Shown: positions 63,764 to 64,000 of the stretch, in pieces
How the letters are laid out: each line of letters begins with the position of its first letter
How positions within the stretch are numbered: position 1 is the stretch's first letter
NCBI RefSeq assembly: GCF_044704955.1
Contig: NC_091987.1
Coordinates: forward strand, 80,538,001-80,602,000
Length of the DNA: 64,000 nt
Reading direction: 5' to 3'
Source: Pristiophorus japonicus
Lineage: Eukaryota
Notes under the pieces: generated by a model
The model's input: only the letters and a program-made list of their open reading frames with translations
Databases searched by the model: none
Told to the model about the DNA's origin: nothing
Made by a program: the position numbers and the translations under genes

Positions 63764-64000
63764 CTAAATCTTTAGAAATACATGGCATAAAACAAGTGTG
63801 TCCTGAAGATAAAATGGAGCATGATGAGTAATGTCTCTGAATGCCAAGTCCAAAGCTATCAGATCAATAACAGGATATGACCGAGGCTTTACTGATATTG
63901 AAAATTTATCAAAAATGTTAATAACCATAATAATTATTGTCTCTATCTCACAGGGCATTGAAGAAAGCTGAACAACTGATGTTTAATTTTCTGACCTCCT

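Overview
Eukaryotic, repeat-dominated genomic DNA. The CR1/RTE/L2 LINEs, Gypsy LTR elements, PIF/Harbinger transposons and MITEs look like those of a cartilaginous fish (shark); this is inference. One host gene can be assembled on the minus strand: a B7-family HHLA2 (B7-H7)-like gene with five coding exons. They are signal peptide 56870-56813, IgV 55326-55000, IgC 44965-44672, IgV 38679-38368 and TM/tail 18617-18478. All junctions are phase 1 with GT-AG sites, giving 1131 nt / 376 aa. Most notable: a Gypsy solo LTR (18316-18525, GATAC target-site duplication) sits inside the last coding exon directly after the transmembrane segment. The antisense LTR now supplies the whole cytoplasmic tail and stop codon, while the displaced ancestral tail is still readable beyond it. 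Other highlights are two RTE LINE insertions with twin-priming 5' inversion geometry (one about 10 kb with nested elements), a 1.5-kb solo LTR with a 4-bp TSD, an intronic tRNA-Lys-primed ERV-like gag remnant, a fold-back inversion inside a CR1, and several young CR1 copies in inverted orientation around the Ig exons. No prokaryotic features, CRISPR arrays, rRNA or true tRNA genes were seen. All coordinates were read by eye; repeat edges without TSD/TIR support are approximate.
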